The notes: a model not told the origin generated them from the sequence alone. Counted from the stretch's first letter, positions 19,863 to 31,487 are shown. The stretch is DNA of 64,000 nucleotides from Candidatus Bathyarchaeia archaeon (GCA_038883715.1 JAVZLS010000001.1:32001-96000); one strand, 5' to 3'. Translations and numbers: made by a program.

Positions 19863-20599
19863 TTGAAGGTTAAGGCTGTACTATTCGACCTATTTGACAC
19901 GCTGCTCCCAATTGAAGGCGGCAACGCCTTTTACACTCCGTGTCTTCAAAGGCTCCACGAATTTCTGATAGGAAGAGGCGTTGATGTCTCCTTTGAAGAG
20001 TTTAGGAAGGTCTATTTTGAGGTTAGGGACGCCATATACGCGGATGCAAACAAAAATCTTGAGGAACCACACTTTAACATTCGCGTTTGGAAAACCCTCC
20101 AAAGGCTGGGCTACAATTATGACCTTTACAACACCATCATTGCTAGGGCTACTGAACGCTTCGCTAAAGAGTTCATGAAATATGTCAGCCTCGATAGAGA
20201 CGCTATGGATGTGCTGCAGCGGCTTTACGGCAAATATAAGCTTGCTTGATTTCCAACTTCGCCATACCAGAGTGTGTTTGGGCGCTCCTTGAAAAATATG
20301 ACTTGAAAAGGTTCTTTGACGTCGTTATTATTTCTGCTGAGATTAACAAGCGCAAGCCGAGCCCTGAAATCTTTCAAAAGGCACTAGAAAGCCTAAATGT
20401 GGCTCCTTTTGAGGCTGTTTTTGTTGGCGACACGCCGAGCATGGACGTTGATGGCGCAAAAAATGTTGGGATGAAAGCCATCCTAGTCCTTCGAAAGACG
20501 TCAGCGACAGACACGTCTAAACCAGACAGCACAAATATTAAGCCGGACTTTGTTGTGGAAAGTCTAAAAGAGGTTCCAAAGATAATTAGTGATTGTTGA
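19863..20599 (+). pseudogene. HAD-family hydrolase split by a 1-nt frameshift (or sequencing error)
   Basis: Motif I FDLFDTL in 19863-20249; SN, KP, GDT...D motifs in 20246-20599; adding one G at ~20244 restores KYKLGLISN. Confidence 0.75.
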
Positions 20600-20637
20600 T
20601 TCAGAAATAACAATACATATTAGGATGGAAAGAAACA

Positions 20638-20645
20638 TTTATATC
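20638..20645 (+). promoter_or_regulatory. Putative TATA box of the 16S rRNA transcript
   Basis: TTTATATC preceded by purine-rich BRE-like GAAAGAAAC, upstream of the structured leader. Confidence 0.55.
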
Positions 20646-20815
20646 CGCTGAGCCATCTTCACATCTATCTTGGTGAAGTTGAGCTGCCCGCATTTACGGC
20701 GGCGGCCCAACCTAGACCATAAAGGCGTTTAAACGCCTAAAACGGGGATGAAAAGGGTTGGCCTCCACTTGCGGGCACAAAAATGTGGACCTGACGCCAA
20801 CGTGTTAGGTCTGAA

Positions 20816-20859
20816 ATGGGCTTTGGCATGTGGATCCCCCTCCAAATCCAGTCGGCTTT
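20816..20859 (+). other. 5' strand of the 16S pre-rRNA processing stem (BHB)
   Basis: ATGGGCTTTGGCATGTGGATCC..CTCC-AAA-TCCAGTCGGCTTT is complementary to 22418-22462. Confidence 0.85.
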
Positions 20860-20908
20860 GCGGCCGTATGCCAATAAGCGTCTCCGGCAGACGGCCAGGA
20901 GTTCGTTA

Positions 20909-22403
<1,495 letters not shown>

Positions 22404-22417
22404 AAGCCAAGAGCCGG

Positions 22418-22462
22418 AAAGCCGACTGGAGGAGAAAGCCGGATCCACATGCCAAAGCCCAT
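22418..22462 (+). other. 3' strand of the 16S pre-rRNA processing stem (BHB)
   Basis: AAAGCCGACTGGA-GGAG-AAA-GCC-GGATCCACATGCCAAAGCCCAT. Confidence 0.85.
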
Positions 22463-22523
22463 CCTTGCACTTTCCAACCTTTTAAATGTCAATTTTGTTA
22501 CTGGTGTCGAACTGCAAAATTGA

Positions 22524-22659
22524 CTAGTCCCCTCTATAGAATTTAGGTTGTGGGTGGTTGCTAAATTGGGTACCCCTCTCTAGTTTTCGGCGGTCTTTAG
22601 AAAATGGAGCTGTTTTTAACCCTATTTTCTCTAGCCCCCTCTAAAAATTTCGGCGGGTC
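22524..22659 (-). repeat. Dispersed repeat copy B (22540-22587) within three degenerate CCCCTCT units
   Basis: CTAGTCCCCTCTATAGAATTT (22524), TACCCCTCTCTAGTTTTCGGCGG (22571), CTAGCCCCCTCTAAAAATTTCGGCGG (22631). Confidence 0.75.
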
Positions 22660-24708
22660 CTCTGCTGTTATTGTGCCTTTGCAGTAGGGGATGAGCTCCC
22701 TGATTTGTTCTATGGAGGCTTTCAGTATTTTTTCGCGCTTCTCTTTTGGCGCTTTTTCGGCTAGAGCCTTTAAAACTTGTTTTAGGAGTTGTTTTCCGCT
22801 GTTTTCTCCAGGGACAAGGACGGTGTAGATTTTTGTTTTTGCTTTTATAGCGTCTACTGGTCCGCCTATGAAGGTGGCTTCGTCGGCTTCGTTAAATTGG
22901 ACGCCTATGGCTATTTTTAGTGGTGTGTTGCGCATCCAGTTTCGGGTTCCAGTTATGGTGAAGGCTCCTCGTGGCACGTATTCGCCTGAGGCTCCAGCCT
23001 TGCTTAGCTGTTCTGGTTTAACCCAGTAGACGTCTACTGTGGCGAAGCCTTCCCGCCATCCTCTTGAGTGGGCTGCGGCGAATTCTGCTGCTTCTTGTAG
23101 GCATTTTTCTGTTGGCTTCTTGCCTTCAGTCTTAACGACTACGAAGGGTGCTCCGACCAAGTCCGCGTGGAAGACGATGTCTTCTGGTGTTGTGTACTTC
23201 TTGATGAGGGCTTCGTTGCTTGTGGCATCTTTTCCAGCCAAAACCAGAAAGCCGTCAGAAGTTGTGAACCATTTGAACTTTTCAAACCACTTGCGGGGTT
23301 TAACCTTTCTTTTGGCGAGCTCTTCTATAGCTCTGGCTGGTATAGCCCTTTCTAGGGCTTCAGCTTCTCGGATTTTGGCTTCTATCTCTGAAAGCTTCCT
23401 TCTGGTTTCTTCCAGTGCCGCTTTTGCGCCCTCCAGCTTACGCTTTGCAAGCTTCGCTTTTTCATAGAATTTTGCAGCGTTTGCGAACAAGTCTTTTTGG
23501 ATGTCTATGCCAAAATGTAAGTCGTCAATGCATAGGTTAAGAACAAGCCTTTGCTTGTCAAAGGATTCAAAAAACGTGTATGGTTTTAAGCCTTCACGCT
23601 TTTTAGAAAGCGTTTCAGAAACTATTTCGTCCCACTCTTTCCCAGTCCTTTTCTCGGTTAAAAATTTGTTTAGAAGCGTTTGAAGCTCGCCGGAATAAGC
23701 GTAAATGGTGTCGCCCATCTGTCTATACTTTTCTGCCTTCTGCTCAGCGTCCTTTAATGCTTTTTCTTGTTCGGCTAAAACCCTTTTTAGGCGCTCCGCC
23801 TCCTGAGTTAGCTGTTCTGCAGCCTTCTTTTCGGCGGCAGCCCTTTCTAAAGCCTCCGTCTTGGCGTAAAACTCGTCTAGGGCTTCATTGAAGCTGTTAA
23901 ATGGCTGATGCTTAAGCCCGTCATAGCGCTTAAGCCTTAAAGGGATGACGTCTACAAAGGTGCCATCTTCGCCTAAAACTATGCATGGTTCAAGCTTCTC
24001 CTCAAAGACTTGGGAAAGCATTCCGTGCAAACAGTTATGAATGGCTTCAACTTGCTGAGGGGATAAGCTCGTACACTTGGTTGTCTTCTCTATCCCAAGC
24101 CTTAGCAATACTTCTTCAGCGTAAACGCCGCCTATTCCCAGAAAGCGGGCGAGAGCCCTTACAACCTCAACTTCGCCAAAACCTTTTAATCCCTCAGCGA
24201 GGTTTTGCACGCTAACCTTGACGGGGTTTTGCCCGCTTGGAGGGGCAAAGCGAAAAGTCTCCCCCCTTATTATGTTTCTGTCCCGCATCCGCCTATAATG
24301 CAGTGCTTGCACAATCTTGTTTTCGCCATCTACAAGGATTATGTTTCCCTCGCCGAAAAGCTCCAAAACAAGCCTAAAATTGCCCAATTTACCACTAAAA
24401 TTGAGGAGGATAACCCTCTCAAACTCGTATTGTTCAATGTTTGTTAGTAGGCTGTTTCTGAGAAACTTTCTCAAAGCCATGCAGAAAGCTGGAGGGACGA
24501 GGGGCTTTTCTAAGGCGTAAGAGGTTAGGTTTAGACGTTTTCCAGCCTCTAAAACAAGCCTATAAATAGTTTCGCCACTTCGCAGCTTGAAAAGCAGTGT
24601 TTTTTCATCCAGCTGGTAAACGTTGCTTACTCTAGCGTTTAGAATAGCCTCTTTCAACTCGCGGACGGCGGCAGCCACATCAAAGCTGGTGAACTCCTCT
24701 TTGTGCAA
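22597..24708 (-). CDS. rqcH: Ribosome quality-control protein RqcH/NEMF (NFACT)
   Basis: FCMALRK, ELFGEGNIIL, WFEKFKWF, AGKDA..NE, FHAD..GAP. Confidence 0.92.
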   Translation of the reverse strand: MHKEEFTSFDVAAAVRELKEAILNARVSNVYQLDEKTLLFKLRSGETIYRLVLEAGKRLNLTSYALEKPLVPPAFCMALRKFLRNSLLTNIEQYEFERVILLNFSGKLGNFRLVLELFGEGNIILVDGENKIVQALHYRRMRDRNIIRGETFRFAPPSGQNPVKVSVQNLAEGLKGFGEVEVVRALARFLGIGGVYAEEVLLRLGIEKTTKCTSLSPQQVEAIHNCLHGMLSQVFEEKLEPCIVLGEDGTFVDVIPLRLKRYDGLKHQPFNSFNEALDEFYAKTEALERAAAEKKAAEQLTQEAERLKRVLAEQEKALKDAEQKAEKYRQMGDTIYAYSGELQTLLNKFLTEKRTGKEWDEIVSETLSKKREGLKPYTFFESFDKQRLVLNLCIDDLHFGIDIQKDLFANAAKFYEKAKLAKRKLEGAKAALEETRRKLSEIEAKIREAEALERAIPARAIEELAKRKVKPRKWFEKFKWFTTSDGFLVLAGKDATSNEALIKKYTTPEDIVFHADLVGAPFVVVKTEGKKPTEKCLQEAAEFAAAHSRGWREGFATVDVYWVKPEQLSKAGASGEYVPRGAFTITGTRNWMRNTPLKIAIGVQFNEADEATFIGGPVDAIKAKTKIYTVLVPGENSGKQLLKQVLKALAEKAPKEKREKILKASIEQIRELIPYCKGTITAEDPPKFLEGARENRVKNSSIF

Positions 24709-24768
24709 TCTCTAACCACTTTATGGATGGCGGGTTAAGCTATAAATAGGCAGCTTTAAATTTAAGCG

Positions 24769-25116
24769 ATGTTAAACTGGAAGGCGTTGGAGAACATGAA
24801 GCCCCTTGAAAAGTTGTATTGGTTAAGGTTCGCCCTAGGCATAGTGGCAGCCCTCGTTTGTGTCGGGTACGAATGGGCTGTGGGATTAATCAGCCCGGAG
24901 TTTAACATGGCCATCTTGTTGAACGGCATATCCTTCGCATTAATTGTTTACATTTTATCCTATTACATAATTAAGCCGAAGTTTATACTCAAAGTCGAGA
25001 AGCCTCAAAAAGTTTTCACAACGGGGATGGGCATTTTCTTTCTTTCATGGCTCGTTTTCTGGGTGCTCCTATACACTGTGGCTCTTTGGCTGTCTGGCAC
25101 CCTTCAAAGCATCTAA
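24769..25116 (+). CDS. Small 3-TM membrane protein, EMC6/Rab5ip-like
   Basis: Three TMs; C-terminal TTGMGIFFLSWLVFWVLLYT resembles EMC6-type TM3. Confidence 0.55.
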   Translation: MLNWKALENMKPLEKLYWLRFALGIVAALVCVGYEWAVGLISPEFNMAILLNGISFALIVYILSYYIIKPKFILKVEKPQKVFTTGMGIFFLSWLVFWVLLYTVALWLSGTLQSI

Positions 25117-25571
25117 TCTATAAAGTCTTCTATCGTCGCCTGATTCTTGTCTTCTAAAAGCTTTCGCGCTTCTTCTTTTTCTAAAGAGGCGTTTTTGTTT
25201 TCTGCAACATTAACAATGTTTAGTCTGCTTGCCACACGGGTGAAGTCCGCCCATGCCGCGAAAAAGCCGCGGTCAAAGTCTCCGTGAAGCCTATTCTTCA
25301 CGTGGTTCAAGAATTCCCGCCTATAGCTTTGTAGGGCTTCTTTGTCGGATGTGTCCAGTTTTGCGAAGAAGGAGTAGGAGTCGCTGTTGTTGGTGCGTCT
25401 TACGAGAAGCATGCCATACAAAGCTCTAAAGTAGCCCCTGTTCCACTCTGTTTTCTGCATTTTCTGCTTAAGCCTCTCCAGTTCGCGTTCCGCTTCAGCA
25501 AACTGTTTGTTGAGGATTAATTGGAAGAACCTTGTGACTAGGGCTTGTGGCACAGGCATTTTAGCGCCCAC
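25113..25571 (-). CDS. Hypothetical helical protein coupled to radA
   Basis: 152-aa ORF overlapping the radA stop; repeated RGY/RGF motif. Confidence 0.7.
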   Translation of the reverse strand: MGAKMPVPQALVTRFFQLILNKQFAEAERELERLKQKMQKTEWNRGYFRALYGMLLVRRTNNSDSYSFFAKLDTSDKEALQSYRREFLNHVKNRLHGDFDRGFFAAWADFTRVASRLNIVNVAENKNASLEKEEARKLLEDKNQATIEDFID

Positions 25572-26568
25572 TTGACTTGGTTTTCTCCTCTTCGGAAACG
25601 TCCTCTATACCGTTCTCTGTTATTTTAAAGATTTCCTCCCCTTCGGGCAGGTATGGACTTGAAACCAAGCGGGCTATGCGCACTGGACCATGAGAGGCCC
25701 TTCTAAGGTATATGCGCGTGTGACTTGTATGCCCAACAATGTGTCCGCCAACCGGGTGGATGGCGTCTCCAAAGAACATGTCTGGCTTAGCCATAACCTG
25801 GTTTGTTACAACCGCCACGGCGTTGAAGGCTCTTGCCAAACGTATGAGTTTATGCATGTGCTTGTTGAGTTTCTGCTGCCTAGCCGCAAGCATCTCCCGC
25901 CCTAAATATTCACTTCTGAAATGTGAAGTTAAAGAGTCAACTATGATGAGTTTAACGTTGTTTTCCTTTATAACTTCGTCCGCGTTTTCCAAAAGGAACA
26001 TTTGATGGTCCGACGTGTAAGCCTCTGCATAAATAATGTTCTTAACAACATTTTGTGGGTCAAGTCCCAAGTGGCGAGCCATCTGCACTATACGTTCAGT
26101 TCTGAAGGTGTTTTCTGTGTCTATGTATAATGCTGCGCCGTTAAGCCCGCCCCGCTCCGGCGGAAGCTGAACATTCACGCATAGCTGGTGGCAGATTTGG
26201 CTTTTTCCACTTCCATATTCGCCGTAAAACTCCGTTATGGTCTGCGTTTCCAAGCCGCCGTCCAAAAGCTTGTCCAAGGCTTTGCTTCCAGTGGTGAGTC
26301 TCAAAACGTTTTGACGCATTTTCAAAAGCTCGTCAGCGCGGATGAAGGCTATGCCAATTGATGAGCGGGCGGCACTTATTATGGCTAAAGCCTTTTTCTC
26401 ACTTATGCCGGCTGGCTCAAGCTCGCGAACCGTTGCCATTGCAAGAGACTCGACTGTGTGGAAGCCAAGCTCCCTCAACTTCTGGGCTGTTGACGGACCA
26501 ATTCCAGGAAGGTCTTCAAGGGTTTCGTATCGTGGTTTTTCTGCGCCTTCGCCTTCTTCCTCTGACAT
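25561..26568 (-). CDS. radA: DNA repair and recombination protein RadA
   Basis: N-terminal HhH, GEYGSGKS Walker [14 protein letters not shown]; no intein. Confidence 0.97.
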   Translation of the reverse strand: MSEEEGEGAEKPRYETLEDLPGIGPSTAQKLRELGFHTVESLAMATVRELEPAGISEKKALAIISAARSSIGIAFIRADELLKMRQNVLRLTTGSKALDKLLDGGLETQTITEFYGEYGSGKSQICHQLCVNVQLPPERGGLNGAALYIDTENTFRTERIVQMARHLGLDPQNVVKNIIYAEAYTSDHQMFLLENADEVIKENNVKLIIVDSLTSHFRSEYLGREMLAARQQKLNKHMHKLIRLARAFNAVAVVTNQVMAKPDMFFGDAIHPVGGHIVGHTSHTRIYLRRASHGPVRIARLVSSPYLPEGEEIFKITENGIEDVSEEEKTKSSGR

Positions 26569-26758
26569 AAATTTTCCCGTGTGAGTTTTATTTTTAGCAG
26601 TATTTAAAGCAAACGAGAAACGTTGCGCTTCTACACGTGGAGAGATAAGTTAAAGTGAATGGGCTCCACGTTTGGAAACTCCAAAGCCTTTGGAAACTTT
26701 TTTATAAACTGGAATAGAGAAGGACTCGCTGAAAAGCATCATATTTGAGGGATAAAAC

Positions 26759-27643
26759 TTGGAAATCGCCAAAGTTGTGGAAGATGTGGCTTTTAACCTT
26801 CTGAAACAAGCTGTCATATACCTTCCCGAAGACGTAAAAAAAGCCTTGAAAAAGGCTTATGCTGAGGAAACAAGCGAAACCGGAAAAACCCAGTTGAAGG
26901 CTATATTAGACAACATTGAGCTTGCGGAAAAATACAAGGCGCCAGTGTGCCAAGACACAGGCACAATAATATTCTATGCCCAAGCGGGGGCCAATGTCAA
27001 AAATCTTGACAAAATTGAGGAAGCTCTTGTTAAGGCAACGAGAAGAGCTACAAAAGAAATTCCGTTAAGGCCTAATGCTGTTGACCCCTTCACCCAAAAG
27101 AACAGCGGGGACAACACTGGAAGATTCATACCATACATAAACTGGGAAATAGTGCCCGGAGACAACCTAGAATTAACGGTTATGACGAAGGGCGGGGGTT
27201 CAGAAAACGTCTGCCTAACCGGAATGCTTGTGCCTGGCGAGGGCATAAACGGGCTGAAAAAGTTCGTAATAGAAGCCGTCATAAAGGCTGGAGCCCAACC
27301 TTGTCCGCCGACAATTCTGGGGGTTGCCATGGGCGGAGGCGCGGACATAGCCATGAAACTCGCAAAAAAGGCTCTTTTAAGGCCTCTAGACCAGCCTAAC
27401 CCTAATCCGGAGATAGCGAAACTTGAAAAAGAGCTTTACGAAGCCGCTAACATGACTGGAATTGGACCGATGGGTTTGGGTGGCAAAACAACAGTCTTGG
27501 GCGTGCATGTTGAATATGCTTTTAGGCACCCAGCCTCTTTTCCGGCAGCAGTTGCCTTTAACTGTTGGGCTGCTAGGAGGGCCACAGCAAGAATCCACGC
27601 TGATGGAACTGTTGAATATTTAACCCATAAAGGTTTGGTGTGA
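26759..27643 (+). CDS. Fe-S hydro-lyase alpha subunit (fumarate hydratase/tartrate dehydratase)
   Basis: CQDTG, KGGGSEN, PCPP, GPMGLGG, NCWA.R. Confidence 0.92.
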   Translation: MEIAKVVEDVAFNLLKQAVIYLPEDVKKALKKAYAEETSETGKTQLKAILDNIELAEKYKAPVCQDTGTIIFYAQAGANVKNLDKIEEALVKATRRATKEIPLRPNAVDPFTQKNSGDNTGRFIPYINWEIVPGDNLELTVMTKGGGSENVCLTGMLVPGEGINGLKKFVIEAVIKAGAQPCPPTILGVAMGGGADIAMKLAKKALLRPLDQPNPNPEIAKLEKELYEAANMTGIGPMGLGGKTTVLGVHVEYAFRHPASFPAAVAFNCWAARRATARIHADGTVEYLTHKGLV

Positions 27644-27654
27644 GGTGAAAAGAG

Positions 27655-28260
27655 ATGGCGATTTACCACCTTAAAACACCCATTTCAGAAGGGGAAATCC
27701 GTAAGCTGAAGGTCAATGATGTCATATACATAACTGGAACTATAGTGACAGCCAGAGACCAAGCCCACAGGCGAGCCCTAGAATACTTCAAACAGGGAAA
27801 ACCCTTGCCCATAAACCTTGAAGGATTGGCGGTTTTCCACTGCGGACCAGTGGTAAGCAAGGAAGGCGACAAATGGGTTGCCGTTGCCGCTGGTCCAACA
27901 ACAAGTACAAGAATGGACATATTCGAAGACGAGTTTATCAAAAACTTCAAGGTCCGAGTCGTAATAGGCAAGGGTGGAATGGGAAAAAGGACAACAGACG
28001 CCATGGCAAAATACGGAGCCGTCTATGGAGCCTTCACAGGCGGAGCAGCAATACTAGCCGCTAAAGCCATAAAAAATGTTAGGGGCGTTGAGTGGCTTGA
28101 CCTCGGCACGCCTGAAGCCCTATGGATTTTCGAAGTTGAAGACTTTGGACCATTAACAGTGGCTATAGACTCCCATGGAAACAACCTGTTCATGGACGTG
28201 GCAAAAACAGTAGAAGAAAACAGGAAAAGGATTTACGAGAAGCTCGGGCTACAGCCCTAA
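27655..28260 (+). CDS. Fe-S hydro-lyase beta subunit (FumA C-terminal/TtdB)
   Basis: TARDQAH, HCGP, GPTTSTRM, IGKGG, DSHGN. Confidence 0.92.
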   Translation: MAIYHLKTPISEGEIRKLKVNDVIYITGTIVTARDQAHRRALEYFKQGKPLPINLEGLAVFHCGPVVSKEGDKWVAVAAGPTTSTRMDIFEDEFIKNFKVRVVIGKGGMGKRTTDAMAKYGAVYGAFTGGAAILAAKAIKNVRGVEWLDLGTPEALWIFEVEDFGPLTVAIDSHGNNLFMDVAKTVEENRKRIYEKLGLQP

Positions 28261-28289
28261 ACCTTCCCACATTTTTCTTGTTGTAAAGG

Positions 28290-28766
28290 CTATAGTTCTC
28301 TGCTCATTACGTAGGCGTCTTCACCATCCGAATAATAGCCACGGATTGTCCTTGTAACCTTAAAGCCCAATTTTTTGTATAGGCTTATGGCTGGCATGTT
28401 GGAAACCCTAACTTCCAAGAAGGCTTGTTTGGCGTTGTATATGCGCATCCCTTCCAAGGCTTTTGTCACCAGGGCTTCGCCTATGCCCCTTCGTCTATGT
28501 TCTGGCAGGACTGCAATAGAGACTATGTGCCCCTTCTTTATGAAGCCGCTAAAGCCAAAGTTTGACAAGCCCAACTCGATGCGGCACATGACATAGCCAA
28601 CAATTTCGCCGTTCCCCTCAGCTACTATGAAGGTTTCTGGAAAACGGTTATACAAGTCCATGAAGAAGTAGTCGCCATAATTTTCCGGGAGGCAGACACG
28701 GTTGATATACATTACGCGTTCAAGGTCTTTTGGTGTAAACTTCCGCAGGGTGTATGTCTGTTGCAA
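28290..28766 (-). CDS. rimI: N-terminal acetyltransferase (RimI/Ard1 family)
   Basis: LPENY, HIVSIAV...RRRGIG, LEVRVSN, YYSDGEDAY. Confidence 0.9.
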   Translation of the reverse strand: MQQTYTLRKFTPKDLERVMYINRVCLPENYGDYFFMDLYNRFPETFIVAEGNGEIVGYVMCRIELGLSNFGFSGFIKKGHIVSIAVLPEHRRRGIGEALVTKALEGMRIYNAKQAFLEVRVSNMPAISLYKKLGFKVTRTIRGYYSDGEDAYVMSREL

Positions 28767-28842
28767 GCTCCCTTTACTCCCACGGTTTTAATGGTTAGGT
28801 TTGCATTCCTACTTTAAAGTTTTTCCGAAACAGATTAAGCAT

Positions 28843-30114
28843 TTATTCGCTTGCCTTAACCTCTGGAAGTGTTAAATTCCCGTAAGGCATAACCCAAACC
28901 TTCGCGTTTTCCCCTACTATCTTGAACGCCTCGTTAAGGGCTTCATTCACTGTTCGCGCCGTTTTGAGTCTAAAAACGTTTGTGGCGTAATAGTCTGGCA
29001 TGGCTGAGACGAGGATTATTTGGGCTTTTTGCAGAGCCTTCATCAAATAGTAGGCTTTATGCCCACCCACAACAAAGTTGCGCTTAATCTCCCTTTCCAC
29101 AGCTTTTATATCCTTAAACTTAACCATCCAATCATAAAACGCTTGATTTCCATATCCTTCTGGGCATTCAGCCGCCAAAATTATGACGCCGCCACGCTTT
29201 ACAACCTCTAAAGCGCTGTCAACGCCCTTATAGGCTTGGAAGAGGTTCACGTCAAACGGGTGCCCGCCGGGGCTTACAACAACGATGTCGGCTCTCCGAT
29301 CCACTGGTATACGGTACATTTCATCTACAAGCTTAACGCCCTCGTAGAAGGCTTGCTCCAAGTCGCCAGCAAAAGCCCTCACAACTTCGCCTTTGCTGTT
29401 AATCACAACATTTAGGATAAAGTCAACCTTCGCCATCCTTGCGGCTTCAACCATATCCTCATGAACCGGATTTCCATCCAAGACACCAGTCCTAGCGTTT
29501 GGATGCAGAAGCATGGCATGATTAGCCTTAATAGTCTCCTCGCCTGCAACACCGGGCAAGACGCTCTTTCTACCACCGCCATAACCAGCATAATAATGGA
29601 AACACACGTCACCAGTCAAAATCTTCAAGTCAGCCTCAGCGAAAATGCGATTCAAATAAACTTTTGTTCCATATTTAGGCGTGGTGCCCACGTAAACAAG
29701 ATCTGGAGCCTTGCAGTCGTGGCTTACGGCTTTCACACGCTTTAGGACGCCCTCGCCTAAAAGTCTAACAGCCTCCTCGCTGGTGACAGCCCTATGCGCG
29801 CCACAACCAAAAACAATGGTCATGTTTTCATCCTTGACGCCAGCGCTGTTCAGCTCATCCAAAAGCGGAGGCACCATAACATGACTTGGCGCCGGCCTAG
29901 TGGCATCATCAACAACAATTGCCACCTTATGCTCAGGCTTGGCAATTTCGCTTAACCTCCGCGTGCCAATTGGCTCTTTTAAGGCTCTTTCAACCTCCGC
30001 CCGCGCATCCGGAACACCAGATTTCTCTTTCGGCTCAATAGAACCTAAAAAGTTCCGAGCTGGAACGCGAAGGCAAACCTCAGTCTTACCATAAGGAAGC
30101 CAAACATCAACCAT
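28843..30114 (-). CDS. larA: Nickel-pincer-dependent lactate racemase family protein
   Basis: DDATRP, G.HR, HYYAGYGGGRKS, NLFQAYK. Confidence 0.85.
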   Translation of the reverse strand: MVDVWLPYGKTEVCLRVPARNFLGSIEPKEKSGVPDARAEVERALKEPIGTRRLSEIAKPEHKVAIVVDDATRPAPSHVMVPPLLDELNSAGVKDENMTIVFGCGAHRAVTSEEAVRLLGEGVLKRVKAVSHDCKAPDLVYVGTTPKYGTKVYLNRIFAEADLKILTGDVCFHYYAGYGGGRKSVLPGVAGEETIKANHAMLLHPNARTGVLDGNPVHEDMVEAARMAKVDFILNVVINSKGEVVRAFAGDLEQAFYEGVKLVDEMYRIPVDRRADIVVVSPGGHPFDVNLFQAYKGVDSALEVVKRGGVIILAAECPEGYGNQAFYDWMVKFKDIKAVEREIKRNFVVGGHKAYYLMKALQKAQIILVSAMPDYYATNVFRLKTARTVNEALNEAFKIVGENAKVWVMPYGNLTLPEVKASE

Positions 30115-30245
30115 TCATCATCACTTATGGTCTATCTAACACGGCAAACAACGTTATTAAGCATTTACAAGTAAGCTTCAATAAAATTTTATGGAAGAAC
30201 AGCCAAATCTTATATTCTTAAAGTCGTCTTGTTTCGGGAAGACAA

Positions 30246-31487
30246 GTGGAAAAAGTGGCTATGGGGCTTCGAGAGATCCTCCGGCGGGAATTCTCCTTCA
30301 TAAGCGGCAACTACAAGGTCCTAGTAGTAAGCTGGATAATAATGGACCTTGCAATGGAGATGCCAGCCCCAAACTTTCAATACTATGTTCAGCATTTGGG
30401 AGGAACGGGCCTAGCATTAGGCGTTATAGGGTTGGCCAACTGGATTGGGATGGCTATTGTGGCTTTTCCAGGAGGCTACTTGGCGGACAAGTATGGTAGG
30501 CGCTGGCTCATAACAACCATGACCTTCATAATGGCTTTGTCAAACCTTTTCTTTGCGCTCGCCCCAACATGGCACTTCATACTAATAGGCACAATAATTC
30601 ACAGCCTATGCCTAATATATCAGCCAGCCCTCTTCGCAATGGTTCAAGACTCATTGCCTCCAGAACGAAGGGGAATGGGCTCCTCCATAATACAGCTAAT
30701 CCACGGCGCCTTCAACACTCCCGGCCCAATCATAGCGGGCTTTCTAATGATGAAATTTGGACTGGAATTGAGCATGAGGATAATCTACTTCATCGTCACA
30801 ACCCTCTTCCTCATAGCAGCCGCTTGGCGACTAAAGCTGAAAGAGACAATAGTTAATGCTGAACCCATGCGCTTCAGATACTTTATAGAGGCTTATCCAA
30901 AAGCCATCAAGGAAAGCGTCAGCGTCTGGAAGAAGGTGCCCCGCACAACCTTTTGGATTTTCGCAATAGAGACACTAATCATGTTTGGAGTGTCGCTTAC
31001 AAACGTGATAAACGCCGTTTATGCAAGGGATGTTCTGGGCATAGCTGAGAACCAGTGGTGGCTTGTCTACATACCCCTACTATTGACAATGATAATTGCC
31101 TCGCTCCCGATAGGCAAAATAGTGGATAAGTTTGGCAGGAAAATTCCGCTTGTCACTGGCTTAATCATTTTTGGCATCGCAACAACAATCTTCATGTTGG
31201 GCAACCTCCCGATGCTAATGCTTTCAATGGCACTGTTCGCCGTCGGCCAACTACTAGTCATGTCATCCGCTATGGCTCTCTCCACAGACCTCGTAAACCC
31301 GGAAAACAGAGGGAAAGTGGTCGGCTTTAGAAACTTCGTCAGCTACATTCTTTCAGGCTTAGGCATGTTGCTGGGCAACTACTTATACGTAAGCATTCTC
31401 CCACAACTTCCCTTTTATGCGGCTTTAGCACTGGTTGTTCCAGCACTTTTAATAGCTACATTCCTGGTTCAAGAGCCCAAAAAATAA
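30246..31487 (+). CDS. MFS transporter
   Basis: GYLADKYGRR and GKIVDKFGRK motif A; 12 TMs. Confidence 0.92.
   Translation: MEKVAMGLREILRREFSFISGNYKVLVVSWIIMDLAMEMPAPNFQYYVQHLGGTGLALGVIGLANWIGMAIVAFPGGYLADKYGRRWLITTMTFIMALSNLFFALAPTWHFILIGTIIHSLCLIYQPALFAMVQDSLPPERRGMGSSIIQLIHGAFNTPGPIIAGFLMMKFGLELSMRIIYFIVTTLFLIAAAWRLKLKETIVNAEPMRFRYFIEAYPKAIKESVSVWKKVPRTTFWIFAIETLIMFGVSLTNVINAVYARDVLGIAENQWWLVYIPLLLTMIIASLPIGKIVDKFGRKIPLVTGLIIFGIATTIFMLGNLPMLMLSMALFAVGQLLVMSSAMALSTDLVNPENRGKVVGFRNFVSYILSGLGMLLGNYLYVSILPQLPFYAALALVVPALLIATFLVQEPKK

Noticed and set aside
22524-22659. CRISPR array
   Set aside because: Units are degenerate and irregularly spaced, and there are no cas genes; no CRISPR array seen anywhere in the window
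26664-26698. ORB-like TCCA...GGAAAC boxes as a replication origin
   Set aside because: Spacing differs from the ORB consensus, no G-string, no cdc6/orc1 nearby, short intergenic region; kept only as a possible operator
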